Assembly: GCA_046596195.1 (NCBI GenBank)
Contig: JBKJNA010000122.1
Location: forward strand, 1-61,554
Origin: Acidimicrobiales bacterium
Lineage (GTDB): Bacteria > Actinomycetota > Acidimicrobiia > Acidimicrobiales > GCA-2861595
Reading direction: 5' to 3'
Length of the DNA stretch: 61,554 nucleotides
The notes beneath the pieces were generated by a model, which worked only from the letters and a program-made list of their open reading frames with translations, was not told the origin of the DNA and searched no databases. Positions within the stretch are counted from its first letter, which is position 1. Every line of letters begins with the position of its first letter. Positions 50,816 through 59,283 of this stretch are shown here, piece by piece. Made by a program: the position numbers and the translations under genes.

Positions 50816-51763
50816 TCAGGGGCGGCGGGCGGTGATCAGCCAGCAGGCGGAGCCGAACAGGACGCCCTCGGGCGTCTCGTGGGCCTCAAGCACGGCCCGC
50901 AGCCGGGCGAGGGCCGTCTTCCTGGCGTCGACGTCGAGTCCACCCAGCAGGTCCCTGGCCAGTCCCTGGGTGCTCACCAGGGCGTAGGCGGCCGCCGCAT
51001 CGGGACCGAAGCTCACCGGCTCGCTGCGCTCGTCGAGGGTGACGTCGACGAAGCCGGCCTCCCCGAGAATGCTGCGCACGTGGGCCTCGCCGGCCAGGCC
51101 GAAGGCGCCCGGGGCGTCGGCCGGTCGCTCGGGCAGGGTGCGTCCCAGGGCGAGGGCGCCGGCCACCTCGGTCATCCACTCGTTGCGCGCCACGTCCCGC
51201 CAGGCGGCGAGGGCGAGGCGGCCACCGGGTCGGAGGGCCTTGGCCACGTTGGTGAAGGCGTGCACCGGGTGGCCGAAGTACATGGCCCCGAAGCGGCTGA
51301 TGGCCACGTCGAACGAGCCCGGGTCGAAGGCGGCGGTGGCCGCATCGCCCTGGTGAAAGGCGAGGTTGGGGAGGCCCTCGGCCCGGGCCAGCGTCTCGGC
51401 CCGTCGCACCGTGGCGGCCGACAGGTCGACGCCCAGCACCGATCCGGCGCCGATGGCCCTGGCGGCGGAGCGGGAGGACAGGCCCGACCCGCAGCCGACG
51501 TCGAGCACCCGGTCACCGCCCTCCAGACCGGCCGCCTCGAGGAGCGCCCTGTCATAGCCCGCCGCCAGTTGCTCGAGGGCGCTCTCGTACTCGAGGGAGT
51601 GGAACATCGACAGGTCGCGCGACACGGCGTCGTGCGACACCCCGAGCCGATCGGCCATGGCGCCGAGCGGGCCCGGCTGGTCACGCACGAGCTCCAGGAG
51701 CGTCCGCCTGTCGCCTGCGGCGAGGGCGACCAGGGCCTGGTCGAGCAGCTGGGGACCCCTCAC
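50816..51763 (-). CDS. Class I SAM-dependent methyltransferase with N-terminal wHTH-like segment
   Basis: ORF track, 315 aa. SAM motif VLDVGCGSGL. Also ...FDVAISRFGAMYF...LRPGGRL.... The start is uncertain. Confidence 0.8.
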   Translation of the reverse strand: MRGPQLLDQALVALAAGDRRTLLELVRDQPGPLGAMADRLGVSHDAVSRDLSMFHSLEYESALEQLAAGYDRALLEAAGLEGGDRVLDVGCGSGLSSRSAARAIGAGSVLGVDLSAATVRRAETLARAEGLPNLAFHQGDAATAAFDPGSFDVAISRFGAMYFGHPVHAFTNVAKALRPGGRLALAAWRDVARNEWMTEVAGALALGRTLPERPADAPGAFGLAGEAHVRSILGEAGFVDVTLDERSEPVSFGPDAAAAYALVSTQGLARDLLGGLDVDARKTALARLRAVLEAHETPEGVLFGSACWLITARRP

Positions 51764-51917
51764 CGCCGGGGCGCGCCGGCGCGGGCGGGACAGGAGGAAG
51801 CTCGGTCAGACAGGTTGTCCATCGATCCTCGGAGTGCGACGAAGGGGGCGGGAGGATGGTCCCGGGAAGCAGTTCCCGGTTTCTACGGTGCCGGATGCCC
51901 GGAGGGACGGCCGGGGC

Positions 51918-53570
51918 ATGCGATCATCAACGACCCCCATGCCCCGGTCCGTCACCCTCCGCCCCTGGCAGAAGGCCGCCCTCGAGCGCTTCGCCGCCGC
52001 CACCTCGCCCGACTTCCTGGCCGTGGCCACGCCCGGCGCGGGCAAGACCACCTTCGCCCTCACCGCCGCCCGCCACGCACTGGCCTCGGACGTGAGCCGG
52101 CGCCTGCTTGTGGTCGTCCCCACCGCCCACCTGAAGGCCCAGTGGGCCCGTGCCGCCGCCGCCCTCGACCTGCACCTCGACCCGCAGTGGTCGGCGTCCG
52201 ACGGCTCCCTGCCCCACGACATGCACGGGGTGGTGACCACCTACCAGCAGGTCGCCGGCTGCGCGCCGCTCATCCGTTCCATGGCCTCTGGCGCCTTCGT
52301 GGTGTTCGACGAGGTGCACCACGCGGCCGACGACCGGGCGTGGGGCGACGCCGTGCGCACCGCCTTCGAGCCCGCCGCCCGCCGGCTGTCCCTGTCGGGT
52401 ACGCCCTTCCGCTCGGACACCCAGGCCATCCCCTTCGTGCGTTACCTGCACGAGGAGGCGGTGGCCGACTACGAGTACGGCTACGGCGACGCCCTGGCCG
52501 ACGGCGGGGTGGTGCGGCCCGTCTACTTCCCCCGCATCGACGGGATGATGGAGTGGAGCGCCCCCGACGGCAAGGTGCACGCCCACGCCTTCGACGACGC
52601 CCTCGGCACCGCTCTGGCCGGCCAGCGCCTGCGCACGGCCTACTCGCTCGAGGGCGAGTGGCTTCCCCACGTGCTGCGCCAGGCCCACACCCAGCTGCTG
52701 GCCATCCGGGAGCGCCAGGCCGACGCCGGCGGCCTGGTGATCGCCACCGACCAGGACCACGCCAAGGGCATCGCCCGCATGCTCCGTGACCGCATCGGCG
52801 TGCGGGCCGTAGTGGCGACGTCCGATGACCCGGACGCCTCCGACCACATCTCCCGCTACGTCACCGGCACCCAGCCGTGGATCGTGGCCGTGCGGATGGT
52901 GTCGGAGGGCGTCGACATCCCGCGCCTACGGGTCGGGGTGTTCGCCACCACGGTCACCACCGAACTGTTCTTCCGCCAGGCCGTCGGCCGCCTGGTGCGC
53001 TGGACCCGGGGCATGCGCGGCCAGAAGTCCTTCTTCTACATCCCCGACGAGCCGCGCCTGCGGGCCCGGGCCTTCGCCATCGCCGAGCAGCGCCGCCACT
53101 CGCTGCGTCACGAGGACCGTGACCCGATGGCTCCGATATTCGACACCGCCGCCGGCGAGGCGGGCGACGCCGACGCCCAACCCTCGCTGTTCGCCGTCAT
53201 CTCGGCCGTCCCCCTGGGCGACGGGCCCGTGCCCGACTGGGCCCACGACGACGATGCGCTGCTCGACCCGGCGGACGACGAGAGCCTCACCGTGGCATTG
53301 CCACCGCTCGCCCCGAGGGGCGGCGCGGCGGCGGCCTCCGACGGCCGCACCCGGCGCGAGCACAAAGAGCAGCTCCGGGACGCCAACGCAGCCAAGATGC
53401 GCCTCATCGCCCACCACACGGGCATGACCCACGCCAAGGTCAACGCCGAGCTGAACCGGGTCAGCGGCCTGCGCAAGATCAGCGAGGCCACCGTCGAGCA
53501 GCTGGAGAAGCGCCTCCACAAGGCGGAGGCGTGGCTACGTCAGGCGTCCGCCCGCCGGGTCCCCGGCTAG
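51918..53570 (+). CDS. Superfamily-2 DEAD/DEAH-box (ResIII/ERCC3-like) helicase with helical C-terminal tail
   Basis: ATG at 51918 in ORF 51657-53570. Motif I is ATPGAGKTTFAL, motif II FDEVHHAA, motif III SGTPFRSD, motif V SEGVDIPRL, motif VI RQAVGRLVRW. Confidence 0.85.
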   Translation: MRSSTTPMPRSVTLRPWQKAALERFAAATSPDFLAVATPGAGKTTFALTAARHALASDVSRRLLVVVPTAHLKAQWARAAAALDLHLDPQWSASDGSLPHDMHGVVTTYQQVAGCAPLIRSMASGAFVVFDEVHHAADDRAWGDAVRTAFEPAARRLSLSGTPFRSDTQAIPFVRYLHEEAVADYEYGYGDALADGGVVRPVYFPRIDGMMEWSAPDGKVHAHAFDDALGTALAGQRLRTAYSLEGEWLPHVLRQAHTQLLAIRERQADAGGLVIATDQDHAKGIARMLRDRIGVRAVVATSDDPDASDHISRYVTGTQPWIVAVRMVSEGVDIPRLRVGVFATTVTTELFFRQAVGRLVRWTRGMRGQKSFFYIPDEPRLRARAFAIAEQRRHSLRHEDRDPMAPIFDTAAGEAGDADAQPSLFAVISAVPLGDGPVPDWAHDDDALLDPADDESLTVALPPLAPRGGAAAASDGRTRREHKEQLRDANAAKMRLIAHHTGMTHAKVNAELNRVSGLRKISEATVEQLEKRLHKAEAWLRQASARRVPG

Positions 53571-53603
53571 TAGGCCCAGGGATCGGGCGCAACGGACTGG
53601 GAG

Positions 53604-53861
53604 ATGACTGGTAGAGTGTCACCAATGGTGACCACCATGGACTCGGTCGGCCGCATCGTCGTGCCAAAGCCCCTGCGTGATGCGTTAGGTCTCACCGCAG
53701 GCTCGACCGTGGACATCTCCCGCTACGGCGCCGGGCTGCAGCTGCTGGCTACGGGGCGTACCGCTCGGCTGGTCGACGAGTCCGGGGTGCTCGTCGCCAC
53801 CGGGGACACCGCCATTGACGACGACGTCGTCTTCGGCCTGATCGACGCAGGACGACGCTGA
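53604..53861 (+). CDS. AbrB/SpoVT-fold antitoxin (VapB-like)
   Basis: ORF track, 85 aa, with ...[26 protein letters not shown].... ATG at 53625 or 53637 are more likely starts. Confidence 0.75.
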   Translation: MTGRVSPMVTTMDSVGRIVVPKPLRDALGLTAGSTVDISRYGAGLQLLATGRTARLVDESGVLVATGDTAIDDDVVFGLIDAGRR

Positions 53862-54118
53862 CCGCAGTCGCCCTCGACACGAGCGTGGCGATTCCCCTGC
53901 TCGTGGCCACCCACAAATCCCACGATGCGGTTCGTCTGTGGTGGAACGGGCAGGAGGTGGCGCTGAGCGGACACGCGTTGGCCGAGACCTACTCCGTGCT
54001 CACCCGATTACCGGGTGACCTGCGGATGGCTCCGGCCGACGCCGCCCGCCTGCTTGCGGACCGGTTCGTCGAGCCCTTCCTCCTACGACACGGTTGGGGT
54101 TCGCGTCATCGTCGCTGA
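53858..54118 (+). pseudogene. PIN-domain (VapC-like) toxin, N-terminal half only
   Basis: Reads (L)[24 protein letters not shown]...[18 protein letters not shown].... The conserved LDTS Asp precedes the first ATG/GTG. The only upstream start-like codon is the CTG at 53858, which overlaps the antitoxin TGA. The ORF stops inside the first copy of a 14-bp tandem repeat, and the C-terminal half of a PIN domain is missing. Confidence 0.6.
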
Positions 54119-54156
54119 GTGATCGTCGCTGAGTGATCGTCGCTGAGTGATCGTCG
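54108..54156. repeat. Tandem 14-bp repeat, 3.5 copies (ATCGTCGCTGAGTG)
   Basis: Identical copies at 54108-54121, 54122-54135 and 54136-54149, plus a partial copy at 54150-54156. Each unit contains TGA triplets. Confidence 0.92.
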
Positions 54157-54181
54157 GTGCCCGGCACGGTGTAGGACCGAA

Positions 54182-54846
54182 GTGTGGAGCCGTCTCGTCG
54201 ACGATCGTTGGTGCGACGCTAGGCCATACCTCCCACCTGAGATACTCTCATCGACGGAACTATCATCAGAGATAGTCTCTGAGGAGATCGCCGGTGAGAT
54301 CGCCGACTCCGACCTCCCTCGGCGCGACCTGTTCGCAGACGCGACCCCGGCCACATGGGAGGCGGCGATGCGGCTCCTGGCCGCCGGCGTCGAGGACCAG
54401 CTCCCGGCCATCGTCATCCTCGACGAGTTCCCGTACCTCGTCGCGGACGACCCGTCCCTGGAGGCGACGTTTCAGAAGCTGTGGGATCGGGTGCTGTCGA
54501 AGAAGCGGATCCTGTTGATCCTCGTGGGTTCAGACCTGGCGACGTTGGAGTCCCTCGACGACTACGACCGTGCGTTCCATCAACGGGGCACCCCTTTCGC
54601 CAAGAAGATCGCGTACGCCGGAACCATCAAGTGGTTCGACAACGCTCCGCTCGACCAGGCGACATGACCAGACTGATCGTCGGCCTCGGCGCGGTCGCCG
54701 GCGCCGACGAGCACACGCCGCTCGTCGCCGTCTCCCGCAGCGGAGCAACGGCGACCGGCACCGTCGTCCTCGGGCCCGACGAGCTGATCCAAGCGTGGAG
54801 GTGGTGCAGGCTCTTTCCAACCCGGCTCATCCTGCGAATGCGATGA
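54182..54846 (+). pseudogene. Remnant of an ATPase_2/DUF234-type ATP-binding protein (N-terminally truncated, internally deleted, frameshifted)
   Basis: ORF 54182-54667 has ...AIVILDEFPYLVADDPSLEATFQKLWDRVLSKKRILLILVGSDL... (Walker-B region) but no Walker A. The family's C-terminal signature ...TPLVAVSRSG...GPDELIQAWR continues in another frame (ORF 54355-54846). Confidence 0.5.
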
Positions 54847-54861
54847 TCGTCCCTCCGACGA

Positions 54862-55080
54862 GTGACCGGCGGTAAGCTCGGAATCGTGCGAGACGACAAG
54901 CTTTGGACAGCCGCCGAGCTGGAGCGACTGACGCCGGACGAGCGCCAACGAGTCTTCAACGCGGGCATCGTCACGGACCTCGATCAACTCTCGCCAGAGT
55001 TTCTTGATCGCGTCAGAGTGAAAGGGAGGGCCTTGCTCGCGGAGCGTGGCTTGGGCGAACCCCAAGCCGATGGCGGCTGA
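54862..55080 (+). CDS. Small hypothetical protein (candidate antitoxin-like partner)
   Basis: ORF track, 72 aa; GTG at 54886 is an alternative start. Codon usage is mixed with lower G+C (ctt, ttt, aga, aaa). It overlaps the next ORF by 11 nt. Confidence 0.45.
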   Translation: MTGGKLGIVRDDKLWTAAELERLTPDERQRVFNAGIVTDLDQLSPEFLDRVRVKGRALLAERGLGEPQADGG

Positions 55081-55432
55081 ACGGCGGCTTGTCCGAGTAT
55101 CTCCCGCACTCTTCGATCAGCTCGACGAGCAGCTCGGAAGCGTTCGCGGCGAGGCTGGACAGCCCTCTACGACCGACTTCCTGGTCATTGACCTCCCCGC
55201 CATCGTCGAGCGCTTCGCTACAGACTTCGATGGGCTGCCCGAGTTCGTCGAGGGCGTCGGTGTGGCCAGAGTGCTGGTCGCGACTGGACGATTGGCTCGG
55301 GCCGTTGCCGTGTATGGGCTCCTCGTTTCCGACGACGCGGTTGAACTCATCGGCATCGAGCTCGATCTGACACCTGAGGCGTTTCGCCCGTGGTTCGAAC
55401 GTCCGCCGTCAGGTGTCTCCTTGTGGAGGTAG
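55070..55432 (+). CDS. Small hypothetical protein (candidate toxin-like partner)
   Basis: ATG at 55070 in ORF 55046-55432, 120 aa: MAAERRLVRVSPALFDQLDEQL...AVAVYGLLVSDDAVELIGIELD.... No family recognised with confidence. Confidence 0.45.
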   Translation: MAAERRLVRVSPALFDQLDEQLGSVRGEAGQPSTTDFLVIDLPAIVERFATDFDGLPEFVEGVGVARVLVATGRLARAVAVYGLLVSDDAVELIGIELDLTPEAFRPWFERPPSGVSLWR

Positions 55433-55473
55433 CGCAAGCTCTTTCGAACCCCCAGAACCCTGCATACAACCTG

Positions 55474-55765
55474 CTAAATCCCGAACGCGACCGAAAGGAC
55501 CTGAAACGCCGAGGTGGCTAGATCTCTTGGGGTGAGCACAACGTTATGGCCCGGTCGGCATGTTGCTGGCACGCCGCAGCTGCGCGTGCAGGCCTGCAAC
55601 AGGCTGGCGTTCGGATCTAGACCCTCTCGCTTCCATTCAAGCCAGAAGCCGGACTTGGAGAAGGGAGTGCACGGAGGTCCGCCGACGAGCAGGTCTGGCC
55701 GGGCGCCGCGTCGCAACCCAGCTGCACACGTTGATCCGCCCTCGACGGTCAGATGCTGCCTGGCT
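55474..55765 (-). pseudogene. Fragment of a DNA (cytosine-5)-methyltransferase (motif IV region only)
   Basis: Reads ...RPDLLVGGPPCTPFSKSGFWLEWKREGLDPNASLL.... This is the catalytic PC motif. An in-frame stop lies about 16 codons upstream, there is no motif I (FxGxG), and the sequence degenerates after about 35 aa. Confidence 0.55.
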
Positions 55766-55833
55766 CACGAAGGCGAGCGCACGACCCTGGAATGTACCTG
55801 TGGAGTGCCTGAACGCGGTTGTGGTGCAGGCGG

Positions 55834-56424
55834 TCAGGAGCGAGACGGCGCCGAGCGCCGGCGAGTCGGGGCGAGCGCCCGGTTGACGGCGACGATGTCG
55901 AGATACTCGGGGTCGAACCGGCCGCCGACCCACACGAGCAGCTCGTCGTGCTGGTCGTGGTCGGGATTGGCGAGCGCGGCGAGGAGGTTCTCGTAGCCCC
56001 AGGTGCCCCCGCAGTCCTCAGGCGGGCATGAGCGCTCGCCGGCGATGCAGGCCGGGTACGCCTTGCCGGTTTCGGCCTCGAGCACCTCCTCGACGTCGAT
56101 GTCGTGCTCCCAGCTGTCACCGAAGTCGTACTCGTAGCTGAACGTGGTCCCCTTGCCGGCGACGCTGTCGAGCCGTGTGCGGCGCTCGTCTTCGGGGGCA
56201 GGGCCCCATCCTTCGCCGTCGTCGGTGCCGTAGGTCACGCCGGCGATCTCGAACTGGTGGAGGTGGTAGCCCTGCCAGCCCATCGCCACCTGCACCACGC
56301 CGTGCAGGTCCGCCAGCGTTATGGACCCGGGCACCTGGAGCCGACGCCAGATGCTCGGCTCGACGCCTCGAAGGACGATCTTGAGCTGGTGGACCTTGGT
56401 GGTGGACGAACCAGAAGGGGCCAT
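55834..56424 (-). CDS. pRiA4b ORF-3-like family protein
   Basis: ATG at 56424 in ORF 55834-56475: ...VHQLKIVLRGVEPSIWRRLQVPGSITLADLHGVVQVAMGWQGYHLHQFEI...YEYDFGDSWEHDI...CPPEDCGG.... Confidence 0.75.
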   Translation of the reverse strand: MAPSGSSTTKVHQLKIVLRGVEPSIWRRLQVPGSITLADLHGVVQVAMGWQGYHLHQFEIAGVTYGTDDGEGWGPAPEDERRTRLDSVAGKGTTFSYEYDFGDSWEHDIDVEEVLEAETGKAYPACIAGERSCPPEDCGGTWGYENLLAALANPDHDQHDELLVWVGGRFDPEYLDIVAVNRALAPTRRRSAPSRS

Positions 56425-56689
56425 GGCGCTGAACGTAGCCGCCGCCGAAGGCTGGACGGGACCCTGGCGCAGCAAGCGTACGGTCCGGGCTGGAACTCAC
56501 CTCCGGGCGACCGCTCGAGTGGGCCACGAGCTGCGGGTGCTCCCGCCAGACTTGCTCGGCCGGCTCTCGGACGCGCTCGTGATCCGGCTCGCGCCCGGCC
56601 TGCCGACTCAGCCCGCGTGCAAGCCGTCCAACGGCGTGGTCCATCACCGACCCTCGCCGCCTCAACAAAGCGGCGGCGTCGCCCCCGGC

Positions 56690-57272
56690 GGGTAGGTGAC
56701 CCCAGTGCCGCCCGTCCGGCCCGGTGACCTCGAGCCTTCCGTCGGGCGCCAGCTTGGCGTGCCAACCCGGCATGTGCAGCACATGATGGTTGCCGCGTGC
56801 AGGCCAGCACGAGATTCTCGAGGTTGGTCTCCCCGCCGTGCTCCACGTGGTGGCCCTCGCACCACTGCGGCGGGCGGTCGCACCCGCTCACCCGGCAGTG
56901 GCGGTCCCTGATGACCAGGGCGTTCCACGGCGGGGCAGGGATGGTGCGGGTGGCGGTGCCGTAGTCGAGGATGGTCGAGCGGCCTGCCATGAGCACCCGG
57001 TGCACGGCAGAGTCGCACAGCAACTGTGACAGCGTGACCTGGTCGAGTGGGGTGGCGTCGATGGTCTCGCCGCCCCGACCGGCCTCCAGGTCCTCCAGGT
57101 CCACCACCACGTTCACATGGGGGCGGTGGCGGCCGCCCGGCCTGGTGGTCTGGTGGTCGAGGAAGAAGCGGGACAGGTCGACCAGGGCGTCGGCCCGGCG
57201 CTCGCCCGGGGAGCGCACTGGCTCGCCGTCGGTGTCGTCGCTCGAGGCCAGGCGCAAGGCGGTGGTCACCAC
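56690..57272 (-). pseudogene. DUF222/HNH endonuclease (REP13E12-like) remnant, 5'-truncated and frameshifted
   Basis: ORF 56319-57272 reads ...GERRADALVDL...HVNVVVDLEDL...VIRDRHCRVSGCDRPPQWCEGHHVEHGGETNLENLVLAC. The expected continuation ...RGNHHVLHMPGWHAKLAPDGRLEVTGPDGRHW is in another frame (ORF 56117-56782). The shift lies near 56800-56811. Most of the N-terminal DUF222 part is absent. Confidence 0.6.
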
Positions 57273-57274
57273 AT

Positions 57275-57332
57275 CGCCGGCGCCATGCCGGCCGCCGGCA
57301 CCGGCGCATCAGGCGCCGGCGATGGGAGCACG
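57275..57332 (+). repeat. 58-bp direct repeat, copy 1
   Basis: CGCCGGCGCCATGCCGGCCGCCGGCACCGGCGCATCAGGCGCCGGCGATGGGAGCACG matches 60607-60664 with 3 mismatches, in the same orientation. Confidence 0.9.
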
Positions 57333-57497
57333 AGTTTGATGTAGCGAGACGATCGAATGACACAGGTGTAGTTCAGGCAACTGGCGGCGGCGGCCGTGGC
57401 CTTCGCCCGGAGCCAAGCTTTGCGCAGGGTGCGTATAGTTTTATCCCGATTTCGTTATCTCTCGGCTAACACGCAATCTCGTGCGTAAACTGCGGCT

Positions 57498-59165
57498 GTG
57501 ACGCCAGGAGAGCTGGACGAACTCCTGCGAGGCGGCGAGACGCGCCTCGTCGAGCTCAAGGGTGACGCCAATGACGACCGTCTCGTGGAGGCCGTCGTCT
57601 GTCTCGCCAACGGCGACGGTGGGCGGCTGCTCCTCGGCGTCGAGGATAACGGGACTGTTGTCGGCGCTCGGCCCAGGCACGGCGACCACACGGACGGTGC
57701 GCGGCTCGCCGCCCTGGTGGCCAACAAGACCACGCCATCGGTAGCGGTCGACGTGGAGATCCTCGGTACACCGTCCGGGCCGGTGGTCGTCATCAACGTC
57801 CCGAAGGCAAGGACCCTTGTCGCGACGACGTCCGGGCTCTACGTGCGGCGTGCCATCGACGTCAACGGCAAGCCTCAGTGCGTTCCGATGCCGCCGAACG
57901 AGGTCACCGCCCGCGTGGCTCGCCTCGGTGCCCAGGACGTCTCGATGATCCCGCTGCCCGATCTCGGCGCCGATGACCTGGACCCGGCCGAACTGCGCCG
58001 CTTCCGTGACCTCGCCCGAGGCGGCGGCGACCCGGTCCTCGGCGAGCTGTCCGACCCCGACCTCCTCGCCGCCCTGGGTTTGCGCACCGCTTCTGGCGAG
58101 CTGACGCTCGGAGCGGTACTGCTCTTCGGGACCACGGCCGCCATCCGCCGGTTCGCACCGACACACGAGACGGCCTTCCAGGTGCTCGACGCCCTCGAGG
58201 TCCGGGTCAGCCGCATCGAGTGCGCACCCTTGCTGAAGTCCATGATCGACCTCGCTGACGCGATCAAGCCCTACAACCCGGAGGAGGAGATCGAAGAAGG
58301 CCCGTTCCGCCTTGGGGTGCCGGCCTATTCCGAAGTGGCCATCCGCGAGCTGCTCGCCAATGCCTTGGTCCATCGCGACTACGCCACCAACGGCCAGATT
58401 CGGGTCGCGATCGAAGACGAGACCCTGTCGATCACGAGCACCGGCGGCTTCCCGGAGGGAATCACCCTCGGCAACCTCCTCGCTGCGCCGCCACAGCCCC
58501 GCAATCCTCGGCTGGCGGACGCCTTCAAGCGGGCGGGCCTCGCCGAACGCACCGGCCGTGGGGTGAACCGGGTGTTCCGCAGCCAATTGGCCCTGGGTCG
58601 GCCGCAGCCGGACTACTCGCGCTCGACCGATTCGTGGGTCGAGGTTCGCCTCCGCTCCGCTCCTGGCGACAGCGAGCTGGCCGCCTTTGCCGCACAAGCC
58701 GAGCGAGAGGCGAGGCCGCTTTCCCTCCGGACCCTCCAGGTCCTGCACGAGGTCCGGGCCGAGCGGCGCATCACGTCCGCACGCACCGCCGAGGTACTTC
58801 AACTCTCGACGGACGAGGCCCGTGCCATCCTCAACGACCTCGTGGAGCGGGGCTACCTCGAAGCCCGGGGCGAGGGCAAAGGTCGGATCTACCACCTGAC
58901 AGCCAGCATGTACCGGAAGATGGGCGGCCCGGCCAGCTATGCACGCACAAGGGGTTTCGAAGACATCCAACAGCAGCAGATGGTGCTGACGTACGTCATG
59001 GAGCATGGCTCGACCACCCGCGCCGAAGTCGCCGAGCTGTGCCAACTCAACCCCGATCAGGCCACCCGGTTGCTCCGCCGCATGACTGACCGGGGCGCCC
59101 TGGAGATGACTGGCGCCCGGCGAACGGCCCGCTACCAACGCCCGACAGGAGCGGCCGATGCCTGA
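57498..59165 (+). CDS. AlbA_2 (Schlafen-type) DNA-binding domain / HATPase_c_4 / wHTH protein (often mis-annotated as RecG-like)
   Basis: ORF track, 555 aa (GTG start). N-terminus: ...GGETRLVELKGDAN...VCLANGDGGRLLLGVEDNGTVVG.... Middle: ...AIRELLANALVHRDY...RNPRLADAFKRAGLAERTGRGVNRV.... The C-terminus has two wHTH-like units. Confidence 0.8.
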   Translation: MTPGELDELLRGGETRLVELKGDANDDRLVEAVVCLANGDGGRLLLGVEDNGTVVGARPRHGDHTDGARLAALVANKTTPSVAVDVEILGTPSGPVVVINVPKARTLVATTSGLYVRRAIDVNGKPQCVPMPPNEVTARVARLGAQDVSMIPLPDLGADDLDPAELRRFRDLARGGGDPVLGELSDPDLLAALGLRTASGELTLGAVLLFGTTAAIRRFAPTHETAFQVLDALEVRVSRIECAPLLKSMIDLADAIKPYNPEEEIEEGPFRLGVPAYSEVAIRELLANALVHRDYATNGQIRVAIEDETLSITSTGGFPEGITLGNLLAAPPQPRNPRLADAFKRAGLAERTGRGVNRVFRSQLALGRPQPDYSRSTDSWVEVRLRSAPGDSELAAFAAQAEREARPLSLRTLQVLHEVRAERRITSARTAEVLQLSTDEARAILNDLVERGYLEARGEGKGRIYHLTASMYRKMGGPASYARTRGFEDIQQQQMVLTYVMEHGSTTRAEVAELCQLNPDQATRLLRRMTDRGALEMTGARRTARYQRPTGAADA

Positions 59166-59283
59166 TCCATCCCGACCCGTCCTGTATGCCGCCGCGCGCC
59201 CGCAGAAACTCACGAGGGTCAAGGACTGCGTCGTTTGCGCGCACTGCCCAGGATCGGTTCCCGATCTGAGCTGAGACCTGGTA

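Noticed and set aside
55380-55470. tRNA-like T-loop strings (GGTTCGAAC at ~55386; GGGGGTTCGAAAG on the minus strand at ~55447-55462) as possible tRNA or att remnants
   Set aside because: The flanking bases do not form a T-stem, acceptor stem or anticodon arm. I could not draw a cloverleaf. The first string lies inside a coding-like ORF.
57429-57497. Leaderless-type promoter for the AlbA_2 gene (TAAACT at 57485-57490, 7 nt before the GTG start)
   Set aside because: The -10-like hexamer is attractive, but there is no convincing -35 element and no transcript data. It was kept as a note only.
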